A program made the translations under genes and the position numbers. From positions 62,001 through 126,000 of the forward strand of contig NC_135765.1 in NCBI RefSeq assembly GCF_052425735.1: a stretch of 64,000 nucleotides of DNA, read 5' to 3'. Each line of letters starts with the position of its first letter. Position 1 is the stretch's first letter. The DNA is from Oculina patagonica. Taxonomy: Eukaryota. Of this stretch, positions 11,101 to 24,000 are shown piece after piece. Below the pieces are notes generated by a model. It made no database searches. It was not told the origin of the DNA and saw only the letters and a list, made by a program, of their open reading frames with translations.

Positions 11101-13602
11101 TTTGTATTACCGAAACCCAGCAGCCTCAAAACTTAACTGACATAAAACTTGGCATTCTACTTGGCTAGGCAGGTGTCTCCTATTTATCAATTAGACTGCA
11201 AGGTTTTGTTGGATGATAAAGTGCAGTTTGCTAAATGGCAAATTTAATTTCATTCTAAATCATGTTAATCAATTGGAGGTGAATAAAAGAGTTTACACAC
11301 TTCTACAGACACAGGAATATATAATAACTCAGTTAAAAAGCCTTGTGTTAAAAAATTCTCTAATTTAAGGCCTCAGGGATAACTTATTTATTCTTCTTAG
11401 TTCCTTGCCCCCAGGTGGTGGATAGGGCCGGGATAACTTATTTACCATATGTACAATTAAAATGTGCCATAATATTGCTATTATAAATTTCAGTAGTACA
11501 GTTGAGTAGTGAAACTACCTCTATAGCTTTTGTCTTCCTAATCAATTGTAATTGTTCCATGTAAAGTTTGAGCAGTTCTTTAGAGATCTACATGTACTTG
11601 TAACTTGACCAGGGCCATGGTTTCCTTTTAATCGCTTGGCCTATGAACAGGCCCCCTTGTGTGATACACAGCAAAATACCACAGTGGTACAGGTACATGT
11701 AAGAAGTTTGTGAGAATGTGCTTCGCCTTGGATTTTAGTTTTTGACTCACTCCACTTGTTACTTTTTCTACCTTATATATACCACTCTTGGGATCCTGTG
11801 CACATGCTACTGATCTCAATGGTTACAGACTGGTGTTAGTAGTACAAACTTGATTCCTTCAAATGTTAAACGATGACTCTAAGCCATTGTTGATTTCAGT
11901 GTTACAGAGGGATTTGATCCAACTGAAGGAGGCTGTGGAGAATCTTAAGTTACGGATAAACAGTAAGTGTTCAAACTACAGGATACTCACTCATAGACTA
12001 CCTTATTGTTACTTATTGTCACAGGACTAAGTTTCACAATTGTTGTGATCAGGCTCCAAAAAACAAACAAACAAATCAAAAAAAATTAATGGGACAAATT
12101 ATTACCCTGCTAATAAAACCTTTCTATTATTAACTTTAACATTAATGAAGATGAATTGTTCAACATGACATGAATCGAACCCATGGCCTCCCAGATACTG
12201 GTTGGGTGCTCTAACCAACTGAGCTACGAGAGACTCGTGGTGAGCTGGGCCATTTACTAGGTTGATATGTGACATGCGTCCTGCATACTGCTAGGATCAG
12301 CAACGTCGAAATCATCAAGTGTGTAGTAAATAATAAAGATGGTAAATTTTAAGCTTGGTGATAAATAATGAAGATGAATTTTTCAACAATGAGACGGGCA
12401 TGGAACAAAGAAAAATTCTGAGTCCCCGATGGGAATTGAACCCATGGCTTCCTAGATACCGGTTGGGCGCTCTAACCAACTGAGCTACAATTATAATAGA
12501 GACTCGTGGTGAGCTGGGTCATTTACTAGGTTGATATGTGACATGCATCCTGCATACTGCTAGGATCAGCAAAGTCGAAATCATCAAGTGTGTAGTAAAT
12601 AATGAAGATGGTAAATTTCAAGCTTGGTGATAAATAATGAAGATGAGTTTTTCAACAATGACACGAGCATGGGACAAAGAAAAATTCTGAGTCCTGACAG
12701 GAAATCGAACCCATGGCCTCCCAGATACCGGTTGGGTGCTCTAACCAACTGAGCTACGAGAGACAGCCTCAGTTGGTTCGAACGCCCAAGCGCCCAACTA
12801 AATTTTTCGACTAAAGAGACAGTCTAGCCTGGCAACACGGATTTTCAATTGTCAGAAAGTTTGGTTGATGTCAGGAAACAAATGCAACCATGTGCATGTT
12901 GTTTAAATCCAGAGTAAATGCAAGTTTTATTGCCTAGCCATGTTCCACTGAAATTATAGTTGAACCTCTATTTACAGACACCTCCATAATACAGACACTT
13001 ACCTATTATGCACAGTTAAATAAAAATACAATAAAGTAACAGTATTTATACAGGATAACCCCGTCAGTGTGCTAAGCACTACTATCAAAGGGGGTCCTGT
13101 TAATAAATATATCTTTAAAAAATGTATATAATTGAAATATAAAAATTCAAGAATTCGGTAAAAGATAAAAACATTTAAAAATCTTACATGGCGGAATAAT
13201 CATCTAATTAGAAAAATGTCCTTAGTGTCCCTCGAGAATTCACTCGGTATACTCCTCCATGATATGGACACTCACTCGACACTCTTCCCTTGCCTTTTGG
13301 TGTCTGAATAAGAAGTTCGACTGCGTAGCCTATTGACTGACTTCCCATGACTGCTTTCCAGCAACAAACATAACTCTTGATCACAATATGATCTTTGTTT
13401 TTATATTCTGCTCCTAACAGAAGTGTCATCAGACCTTGTAACCCAGCTTCAAGAAAAAGACAGCCTTCTTCTTCAAAAACACACCATGAAGGTTACTGTG
13501 GGCCAACTGATCAGTCTTCAGTCCAATGTCAAGACAGCAAGTACACAAAATATATCACGATCTACAAACTCCAGAAGACAGGATACCTTACCTTGCACAT
13601 AA
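8140..13602 (+). CDS. Small spliced gene, C-terminal coiled coil resembling FEZ/UNC-76 or SCHIP1 family; exons ~(gap)-8303, 11900-11962, 13421-13602
   Basis: Three exons joined by phase-1 GTAAGT...AG introns give TLLQRDLIQLKEAVENLKLRINKVSSDLVTQLQEKDSLLLQKHTMKVTVGQLISLQ, similar in pattern to the FEZ1 SEELVQQLARRDEL segment. Missed by the ORF track; start not resolved. Confidence 0.55.
8541..8858. mobile_element. Tc1/mariner-pogo type MITE
   Basis: TIR CCGTACAATTCCGGTTAT ... ATAACCGGAATTTTATGG, TA on both sides, internal TATAAGCCC repeats. Confidence 0.8.
10288..10698. mobile_element. MITE with CCCGG(G)nTACTC termini
   Basis: Inverted ends CCCGG..GGGGTACTC / GAGTACCCC..CCGGG; 8-bp flanks CTTGAGAT / CTTGAGAC. 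Confidence 0.8.
12145..12790 (-). repeat. Tandem array (~2.4 units of ~265 bp) of a tRNA-derived SINE-like unit
   Basis: Unit restarts at ~12173, ~12433 and ~12702; the minus strand carries A-box TAGCTCAGTTGG and B-box GGTTCGA..CC. Confidence 0.8.
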
Positions 13603-14139
13603 TACCTTGTTTGTAGTTTTGTACAGATGTAGTTTTAAAACATCTTATAATATTGTTAATTGATTGGAGACCTTTTTACAAATTCTTTTTTGTTTGTTTT
13701 TGGTAACAAAAACAGTGAAAAAGAAAAGCTAATAAGGTGAAATGATCTAGTGATTTAATCATAATTTAAAATTATTTTACTTCCAGCTGTATATAGTTTA
13801 TATAAGTTATACGTTTATGTTTGCCGAGACTATATTTCTGCAAGAATGACAGTGACACTGTGCATATTGTCAAGGGGGTCAGGGTTACTGGTAGGTTTAT
13901 TCAGGGTTACAGTGTTGCATTGTAAAATATGTGGGACTATTTCTTGTAATTAGTGGATGAGGTTGTTGTAGTCTTATAATGTACAGTGTAGATATGTATT
14001 TTTTTCCTACCTGCATGTAGTGCAAGGATAGAGTTTTTAGCACGACTTGATAGTTTTCTACTTTATTTCATTTCTATACTATTGATGTAGAGGAAATGCT
14101 AGTGATATTTTCTTAGCAGTAGAACAAAATAAATGCATA

Positions 14140-14401
14140 CCGTATTTTCTCGATTAAACGCCGGGCGCCGAATAAACGCCGGATCTCCAAGGTAGAGTTG
14201 TAAGTAAGCCTTTCAGGCATTTATTCGAGGTGTAATATGCTTTAGGTATGATGGCAAAATGCATTTATGTCACAAATAATGATTAAAAACCCTTGTTTAA
14301 TAAACATTTTGCTCGAATAAACGGCACCATTCAAATAAACGCCGGATCTACGGAGCCAAGTTTGGAATAAACGCCGGGGATGTTAAATTGAGAAAATACG
14401 G
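14140..14401. mobile_element. pogo/Tigger-type MITE
   Basis: TIR CCGTATTTTCTC ... GAGAAAATACGG, TA/TG flanks, internal AATAAACGCC repeats. Confidence 0.8.
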
Positions 14402-15014
14402 TGTTAGTAGTCTTTTTCAGTATTGTATCACCATGTTATTACTGTTAAGTGGTCAAGCCCATTTCAGTTCAGGTTGACCTTCTCTTGAGCGGGTACTTGC
14501 GCATGGAAAAATGCGCGCACCTTCACATCCCAATAGTCTGGACAGTTGAACTTGCTACTGTCCGTTGCATTACGGACATGGTGGCATGCGTGATCAAGTG
14601 AAGTTTTTCATACATTTCATTAGTAACGAAAAAACGTAAAAAAGGCAAATGAACATAGTTTTAAAAATTCGAATCGATCGAGGTTTACCGTTAATGTTCT
14701 GTCCGCGACTTAAAAACAGGCTTTGAAATAAACAGTTCTGTGCAGGTTATAACTTACAGTACTTTTATGTATCCTCGAAAACCACGGTACAGGGACCCTC
14801 GTAGGACACTATTGTTTGCGAATGCGTTCCTACCGACCAGTGTTGTGGTCAGGAGGAACGCTGTGGGAACGAGATTGCTTTGAAAGCTATTTAGGATTCG
14901 TTGCCTACAAGCAACACCACGTCATGGCAACCGCTATGGTGCATGCAGAAGCGATAACGTTTCCAAGGGGATCTTAACTAATTTTCAGGAAATTTGTCAA
15001 AAAATTAACCTATA

Positions 15015-15187
15015 CAGTCAACTCCTGCCATGTGGACACCTCGCTATTACGGACACCCCGTTACTACGGACAGAAGTTAGTCCCGGCGAACAAGAATTAC
15101 TGAAAATAACTCCCGCTACTACGGACTTCTCTATTGCAGACACCAAATTGTGGTCCCGAAGGTGTCCGTTATAGTAAGAGTTAACTA
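15015..15187. mobile_element. Tc1/pogo-type MITE (related partial copies at ~2705 and ~12957)
   Basis: TA-CAGTCAACTC ... GAGTTAACT ends; internal TACGGAC repeats. Confidence 0.6.
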
Positions 15188-17711
15188 CGTTATCTTGTAG
15201 CGTGACATCTAGTTTTAGCCTGATATACATTACAGTATACGTTACGCGGTCTCGTAATTGTTTTACACAGACCAAGATGTCTGCTTAAGGACCGGTCATA
15301 AAGTACAGGGGGAGGGGAGGTGCTATGAAAAATTGGGGGGGGGGGGGTGGGTCACTATTTTTCAACATGTCAAAAAGGGCGGGTCAGGAAAAATAATGCA
15401 CTGCATTAAGGTGGGTCATGGTTAAATTATTCATTCAATGACATCTATAATAGTGCAAACATTCTATCAGAATGCCTAAAATAGTATTTCCGAGTTTTTT
15501 TTTAAAAAATAAATTTTCCCGGGGAACTATCCCTCCAGAAGCCACTTACCTTGCTATGTACCTAACATTAACTCAAAACACCCAACTATAATTAGATATT
15601 CTACCAGAATGCCTTTAATAGTATTTGTGAGTTTCTAAAAATCCAAATTTTCCACATTTGTCTCTTTCGTTATATATTGAAGTAGTCCTTTCTAAGTTTG
15701 CAGGAGTATTTTTCTTTGTTTTCTTCGCTGCGATTTGCTATTGTGCTAAGCTTGATCTCGGTCTCATTTATTCCTGTAGTTAGTTCCCAGTCCTACTCGG
15801 TGGCAAACTCGCTTGTATGACGTGCTGTTGACCCTGGTCTACCTTTGAAAAACGAGTTAATTGGAATATGGGACAGAGAAATCAAAATTAAACTTTGACA
15901 GTGCCATTAAGATGCTTTTCAAGATCATTTTTCAAGTCCTTGATGATAGCCCCAGTACTGGACATCAAATCCCTGCATTTTCCCGACGAAAAATGGGAAA
16001 TCCAAATCCTAATTCGCATTTTACCCCTTCAGTACCCTCTTTTATGTCAATATCTTATAAGACTCCCAGCGTTTTCTATTGAGAATCCATGAGTCGGTTT
16101 CGCTGAAAGGAAACGATCGTGCGAGCGTTGCCTTTAAAAAGGGAGAGGTAGGATTTTGTTACCATTTGACAATAAAGGAAATTTGTAAGAAAGATTGAAC
16201 GTAAAGTGGTTTTGCTTAACCCGTGAAATAGTAATTACATACGATTAGATTCTGTTAGACACTAATTGTTTTACGGGTTAAATAAAATTACTCTACCATC
16301 TAACTGCTAGACACACGAAGTATGTTTAGTTTTTCTTACAATATTCTTCATTGAAGTAAATTCAGATTAGGTAACTTCTGTTACTTTAAATGTCAATGCA
16401 ACAGATAATCTCTTGGATTTAGAAGCGTTAACTTTATTTATAAACGCAACACTTTTTTTTCTAACAGTTCAAGAGAACATTTGAACTTTCTAGTTGCATT
16501 ACACATTTTAAGTCCACTGTTATATAACACACCTTTGATTTATTTACAATGCAATATACTTGATTAAGTACTTCAATATTGTATTGCAATATGTACTTCC
16601 TTATATATTACTCTTTATCTTGTGCTATACTTACACCGTTCGTCTTATAAAAATATCCATAATAAAAGGAACTTCTCAGCACGTAGGCATAGTACTAAAA
16701 TAGACTCGTTTAAGAACACAGCGCAGAGCTTATGCAATGTGGAGAGTTGGGGCGAGCGGCAAAGAAAAAAAAGTTTGGACACTCCTTGTTTTAGTGGCGC
16801 AAAGCATTTTTTTCCTAACCTTTTTATTGTCTAATTTAGAAACCTTTTTTTTTCAGCGCACGCAGAACCGTGTCTAATGCCTTTACCACTGTACCACCGA
16901 GTTGCTCGCTGTCATCAGTAAGGGCTGACCTTAATTTAAGTGCTACTCGTTGCTTATGCAGCGCTAAACTGCCATGGAACAAGTCATTATTGACTTCATA
17001 ACCCTTGTCACGGAGTGTCCAAACTAGTTGTGTGAGCTTACTCTCGCCCCAATTCCCCTCGTTCCTTGCGTATGCGTCTTACTGTTCTATTGTTTCACCT
17101 ATAATTATTTAATTTAACAATGACCATTAAATACAACGGGCCTTGAGCATTTCATTTATAATTTTATACAATATAACTCCAATTGTACGTACAGTAACCT
17201 GTAAATAAACGTGAATAATCCCTTTTCTGTTTACAGTTAAAAACGTATCTATATGTTGCTTTTAGTTTTCCAAAACCTTTTACTTCTTCACTTTCAAAAG
17301 TCACGTTATGAAGAACAAAACGAATAAACTAATTATTGTTTGTTGATGAAAAACTTACGGAGAACTAGCCGTCACCAGAAAACTTCATGAAAGAACTAAC
17401 GGAAACGACAACCAAACCCAACAGTAACAATTTGTCGCGTCCCACTCGTGATAACGTAAAACAAATGCGAATAAACACGAAAGAAGGTGTTTTAAACGAA
17501 TATACTTTTCTTGTCCAGATTTTTAGCACGAAAAATTAAATCAATTTACTGGTTAATGTGACCTTAGCAACATATTAAATAAACAAGGAAGAGTATATAA
17601 ACTTGATTCTTGTTGTCAAATGCTTGTTGTTTTTTTTATAATCCGATAACATTTGAACTTGCATAATAATCGCTCAATGAAGCCAAAAATAAGGATCTTT
17701 ATATGGCTCTT

Positions 17712-20700
17712 TCAGTTATAAAAATTCGCCCCTTCCCTACCCGTGAGAATGGCGTCAATCCATATACTCATCGCCAGACCACTGGGAGCTGCAACGTAGT
17801 ATGTTTCTTGTGGAGTCTTGACACAAAACGTAGTCCTGACAGAGGAACCTTTGTGCGAATTGGGCAAATCTACATACACGTCTTGTATGGCCTGGAAATA
17901 AATTATACCCTTGGGTACGCGTTGATGTTCGTCAGAGTAGTAGCACAGAGCACGTTTCTGTCTGTCCAAGACGAACCAGCGTTTTTTCCAGGACTTGATG
18001 AGCTTTCCTCCAAGTTTTGACAGGTACCCTTTACAAGCACTGGCTGTTACACGCACTGATGGACAGTTTTCTAACACGTGACCTGTAGAGACCAAGTGCT
18101 GGACAAGGTTGATGTCACCGTCGTGATGAGACGTGCCATTTTTGACCTGTTTTGTTAAATAGGGTACACAACATAAATAGATGATAGTCAAAGAAATGAA
18201 TGTCACTTTTTATGAGAAATTTAGAATGCTAGTGAATGGGTGTTAGGGGCACTGATTCTACGTGGTAACCATCTAAGCAGTACGATGTGCAAGACAAAAC
18301 TCTAACAGCTCCCAGGCCGCCCCTTCCAACCCGGTATTCCCGTTTATTCGCGCCGTTCCCAGTCTTCTCTCATCGCTCCCGGCCAGTTTGGAAAGGAGCG
18401 AAACTTGGCATGCGTTGCTCTGTGGTTGGAAATAAATTAAATAAAACGAAAGAAACCTTTCCCATTTAAACAGTATTGATTTCTTGGACCTCAAAGTGTT
18501 ATCATTGTCCTTACGGTTACGTAGAAGGAACACACCCCTCCCTGGTGAGGGGGGGAGGGGGGGGGGGGGAGTTGGTGAATAGTCTGTACAGCAACTTCAG
18601 TTGTTACCTTTGGAGGGAGTCGTTCTTGAATGGCCCTCTCTGTCATCATCTCTTTACGAGCTTTCTCTGCCGCTGCAACTTTTTCGAGCTCCTCTTGCTT
18701 TTGTTTTTCAGAGAGAACTCTTTCCATCTCCTGTCTCCTTAAACGTTCCTTTCCCAATGCTTGTTCGAGATCTTTGATTTTGTCACCATCTTCTGCGACA
18801 GCTGTACTATCTTTTTGTTGTTGCACTTCAGCTAACTGTCGCTCGAGCTCCAGTCTTCTCTCCCTTTCTCGCTTCAGCTTCCGCGCTGTTTGGTCTTTGG
18901 CTTTCTCGTCTCCACTACTCCCGCTTTCGCTGCTCTCTTGCTGTTTATGCCAAAGGTTCTCCGCTTCTTTCTTCAATTCTATCAATCGCCTTTTTTCTTC
19001 TTCTAAACGCTGTTTTCGCTCCTGAAGCGAGCATCCGTTTCCAAGTTGCGATATATCTCGCATGTTCAGCGCTGACAGAATCAATGGAGCATCTGAGCCA
19101 TTGCTTCTAATTTTCTTGTACTCTTTCTCAAGGTTGATCAAACGCGACTTCTCTTTTTGCATCTGTTCTCTTTGATTCTTGAGCTCCGCTTGAAGCCGCC
19201 GTCTTTCTTCCTCTGATTGTCGAAGCGTTTCCTGCTGTTGATCTTGTAAACACTGAACGCGCTTCTGCTCTAGTTCGAGTTTCCTTCTTTCTTCCTCTCT
19301 TTCTTTTTCGAATTGTTGTCGAATCACTTCACGCTCCCGTTCAAGCTGCTCGGCCGCTTCGCGTTGTTTCTGCTCTAACTCTTCGAGTAAGAGCTGCTCT
19401 GTTTCGAAAAACTCAAACTCGATTTGGCGTTCACGTTCCATCTTATCTTGTTTTGAAATCATGGCATCTTCGATTTCTTTCATGGCTTGAGAATGCTTCT
19501 CCTCGAGTTCCATCAGCCGTTTCTTTTCCGATTCGATCATCTCTTTTTCATGTTCCTGTTCCTTGGCTGCATTCTCCAGCATTTCTAATCGCTCCTGCTC
19601 TAGTTTGTTTAATCGCTCGCGTTCTTCTTGAACTCTCATCTTCTCTTCTTCTCGTTCTTGATCGAGTCGTTGTCTCTCCAGCTCAATCTGTTTCAGGGCT
19701 TCTTGTTGCTGTTTCTCCAAGAGCTGAATCCTTTTCTTTTCCTGTTCGATCTTAGAATTCTCTTTTTCCCTTTCCTCTTTTAACATCTTGATTTGAGCGT
19801 TCAGTTCCTCTTCCAGTTGATGTATGACCTCACTTTGTCTCTCTTTCATCTCCTCGAGTTTCTTTCTTTCTTCATCGATCAGTTCACTATCAAGTTGCTG
19901 CCGCTCATATGTGAGAAGCTCCTCTTCCAAACAACTTAACTCTTGAAGAGCTAGCTGTTGCCTCAACTCTTCGATGGCTACTCTTTCTTTCTCCGTTCCT
20001 TCTTCTCCCTCCAGCTTTGCTTTCATTGTCTTTAATCGTTCGTATTCTTCTTGTCGTCTCTTCTCCTTATTTGAGCGTTCAAGTTCTTGCTTTCTGACAT
20101 TATCTTCGTATTTTTCCTGAAGCATGATCAGTTTCTCTTTCTCTTCGTCAAAGTGCCTCAGTTCTTCTCGCTGTCTTTCCAGTTCTTTGATTTGAACTGC
20201 TATTTCTTCTTCAAAGCTGTCAACAGCTTCCTTGTGCTGCTGTTCCATTTCTTGAAGCTGAAGCCGTTCTTCTTCAAGTTGTGTTTTTTCAAGCTCAATT
20301 CGCTCTACAGCCTCCTTGTACTCATTTTCCAGAGACAACAGACGCTCGTTTTCCTTCTCAAGTCTTTCTCTTTCTTGCTTATCTTTCTTGTACTGGTCAA
20401 TGGCCAGCTCCACATCTAGTTTGAACAAATAAAAAAATATTAATAAAAAACGAAAAGAGGTGTTGTAAATACATGTACTACATGTATCATGATACGATCG
20501 ATTCCTAGTAATACGGAAATAAAATATTTTAATCCTCTTCACTAACTGTTTCATAATGGTAATAAGACAATGGTTGTTCAGCAAGACCATATCCTCAAGT
20601 TGCAATTACTTTCTCCCTACTAGATAATTCTATGTTACTCGTTACGACCTAACCCTTCATAAAGCCAGGTTAAAGGGGCACTGTCACGACAATTTATTAC

Positions 20701-20999
20701 TACTATTATTACTATTATTATAATTATAATAATATTATTATGTATTATGTCAAAGGACGCGGCTGTGACCCGGACGACCGATGCGGATGAAATAGTACGA
20801 ATATGAGTGCCGAACCCAGAGCAGGGTGGTGCGGGGTGCTGGCACTGCCAAAGGTGCCACCCCAGACTCTGGTGGGCGGGAGCGTCACCGAGTAGGCAAG
20901 CGTTGGTCCCCCCATGCCCTTTTTTTTTTTTTTTTATTTTTTTTTTTTATTATTATTATTGTTATTTCTAGTAAGTTGCTGTCGCGCGAGACCATGTCC

Positions 21000-21040
<41 letters not shown>

Positions 21041-24000
21041 TATGGGAAACTATACAGGATTCTGGGGTGTGCCCACTAATCAACAAAATTACCTTTGAAA
21101 ACAAGCGAAAGGCATACATTCATACTCCAAGATGTGAATAAACCATGATCAATGGTGTTTGAGTAATTTTCTTCCAAGTGTAACTGTCATACTAGAAAAC
21201 GTCGGCCCGAGTCTTTAAAGTTTTAGGCCATTTCTTTCATATCAGTCCGTAACCAAACCACAGTTAAACAATATTCATGACTAGTACAGTACGTTTTAGC
21301 AGGCTAGGCCACATTTAGTGGATTTCCAATAATACCAACACCTTAACTGGGTTTGCAATAATCACTTAATGTTTGTGACACTGCCACTTTACCTAAGCTA
21401 GAAATCAACAAAGAGTACAAAGGAACAAGAATGGGAATATTGGCAAGATTAGAGCAATCCAATAGATCATTGTTACTAAGCAGGGAAGTGTCGGCAAATA
21501 GCTCTTACTTACCAGGGTAGTATTGGTCAGGAACAATAGAAAACCGGTTGCCTGGATTGGATTCCTTGATCTTCTTAGCTTCTTTGGGATGATTAAACCG
21601 AAAGTAATTGGACTTTCCCAGACAAATCATACAACCTACAAAATACGATAACACCGTGACTAAATACGATATAGCGTGACACAGTAACACGATGGTTACG
21701 CGCCTTATTTATGTTTATATATCCACAGACACTGTAACATTCGAAAAGATCACGCAGCAGGCTAAAACGAACTAACTCTCCAAATAAAGAATACTAGTGG
21801 GACATGCAAGCCATCATTTTCGTGATAAAAAAAGTCATATCTATAAACCGTTTCTTATAACTAAAGTTCACTCTTTTTAATGGGGATGATGAGTTATCAT
21901 GTAAGTGAATGAAGCACTATAAGGACATAATCCAGATGCCTTGTTTAAACAGGAGTTCGATTTGAGGGTCATAGCGTGTATACTTCTAATACAAGTGCTG
22001 TACCATCGATAAGTGAGCAATACTAATACCTAAAATATTTGTTCATAAAAAAAAGTCATACCGCTTACTTCAATACAGTGAAACGAGACATAATAAATAT
22101 GCACCATTATGGAACGTTTCAAAATTACACTGAGGTACTGATACATGTACAGCTAAGGTTATGAGTTGTATTCATCAAGAAAAGGTTACACAACATTATG
22201 ACTTAGATCATTACAATAAAACGAACGGAGGCGTAAAGATGGAACATAATGAATTGTAAACACCTACAAAGTAGACGTTACAATGGCGACGAGAATAAGT
22301 GTCAAAAATGCGAAACTGAAAAATAATAATGTCAAACAACAAATCTGCCAGTCAGACTGTATTCCTGACATAAAACCTTAACTAGAAGAAGCAGAAACAT
22401 TAAATAACAGGTGTGGATTATATTTTTTAACGCTAATATATTAATCAAGTCAACATTCGTAATGAGGAAATGAATCACTTTACAGCCGTTAAGAACTTTC
22501 TAGAGATTGAAACTTATTTGAATGATATAGCAATATATGCAAAGATTAATTACGAGATACGTTCTTTTGGGTATAGGCTATATAAAAGGGCATATATATT
22601 TTGCATTTTTATACTATGTACTAATTTAAGAGATAAAAATCTCTTAATGAAAAAAAACTTGCAAAAAGGTGATTGTGTACCAAACTTATAACAAACATTA
22701 CAACCAGCCCTGAGTAGCGAAAATGAAGGGAAAATGTATATTCAAATTATGAACGCATTATTGCGATGTTGGTGTTTTTAATCACTGCGCAACACAGTAG
22801 GATTATAAAGTAGCCTCTTAAATACTGGAAAATACACACGTGTTAACCATATCAATCCTCACTGACACAGAGTAGGCGTTTTAGCGGGATATATTGAGGT
22901 CCGCGGGATCATTTCAAGCAGTTTGAAATCCTCCCGCGCGCCTAAATTTAGATAAATAAACTACCAAGGAATGAAAATTTTTTAAACGCTTTTAGAATAA
23001 TGATTAAACTGAAATATATATAATTTTAGAGTAAACTTACGAGCGAAGATTGAGCAAGAGATTAGACAAAGCTGTTTGCTAATGTGGAAATTCCTGTTTC
23101 CATTTTGTACATTACTGTCATCCAGTAACTAACACGAGAGTTCAAATAATATTTACGTTGTACAGCCTAGTGGCTTATCTAAACACAAGGCTAGCTCCTG
23201 TCAGGGGTAGGGAGAGCAGTACAGTGTTATTCTAGCGGTAGGGAAGACGCGATTGGTCGGATAACGGGTGAATAAACTAATACATGTCACGTGTTAATTA
23301 GAAATCGACTGTTCCATGAGACAGGAAGCTTCAGTTGACGAAGTAGCGGATCACAGGCTCGCGGGAAGATTCGAGGCACAGTAAGAACGGTCAAAGTAAA
23401 CATGCTGCTAAATGTTGCCTTAGTTGTGAATAATTAATACCTTGTGGTAATCTGGTTGGCTCTGAGATAGGAATACCATCCACAGAACACAATGCGGCTT
23501 TCGGATACATAACCACTGCATCGCCATTGTACTCCACTATACAGTGCTCACTGTGGACGAAACACATCTTAATGTTAATGGCTGTCACAAGTTTTCCTTA
23601 GGAGCTCGTCAGGACTCACGAAACTGGCAGATTCAGTTGTCGTTCGTATCCGTCTTATCTCGCAGTCGAAACCATCCTGGTATTCGCGTTTGATTACTCC
23701 TGTGTCCCACATTACACAACTATATGAGCCCCAAGGAAGAACAGAAAATGACTTAAAATATCGGACAACGCTCCTTTAATGTATAAAGTACAATAAGGAG
23801 AGAATAAAAGTTGCTATTGCTCCCACTTACGGTTCTATTCCTTTTCCTCTCAGTTGAATGTCGGGTTTGCATGTTTCTGTTGCAACACCGATCACTGTTT
23901 TTCCTTTCAAGAGAAATAAATTGAATAGAACAAATAAGAAAACAGCTCTAGTCAGGGGAATAGTTTTGTCAACTAACCACATACAATAACAATAACAAAT

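Noticed and set aside
12170-12760. tRNA genes
   Set aside because: A/B boxes are present but I could not build a convincing cloverleaf; the copies are embedded in diverged tandem units, so SINE-like.
18273-18607. Extra exon or C-terminal extension between the coiled coil and PH domain
   Set aside because: Direct phase-0 splicing 18608 to 18146 keeps the frame; no support for coding here, although an alternative exon is not excluded.
18630-20419. Plus-strand Ser/Leu/Phe-rich ORFs
   Set aside because: Antisense shadows of the Glu/Lys-rich coiled-coil exon.
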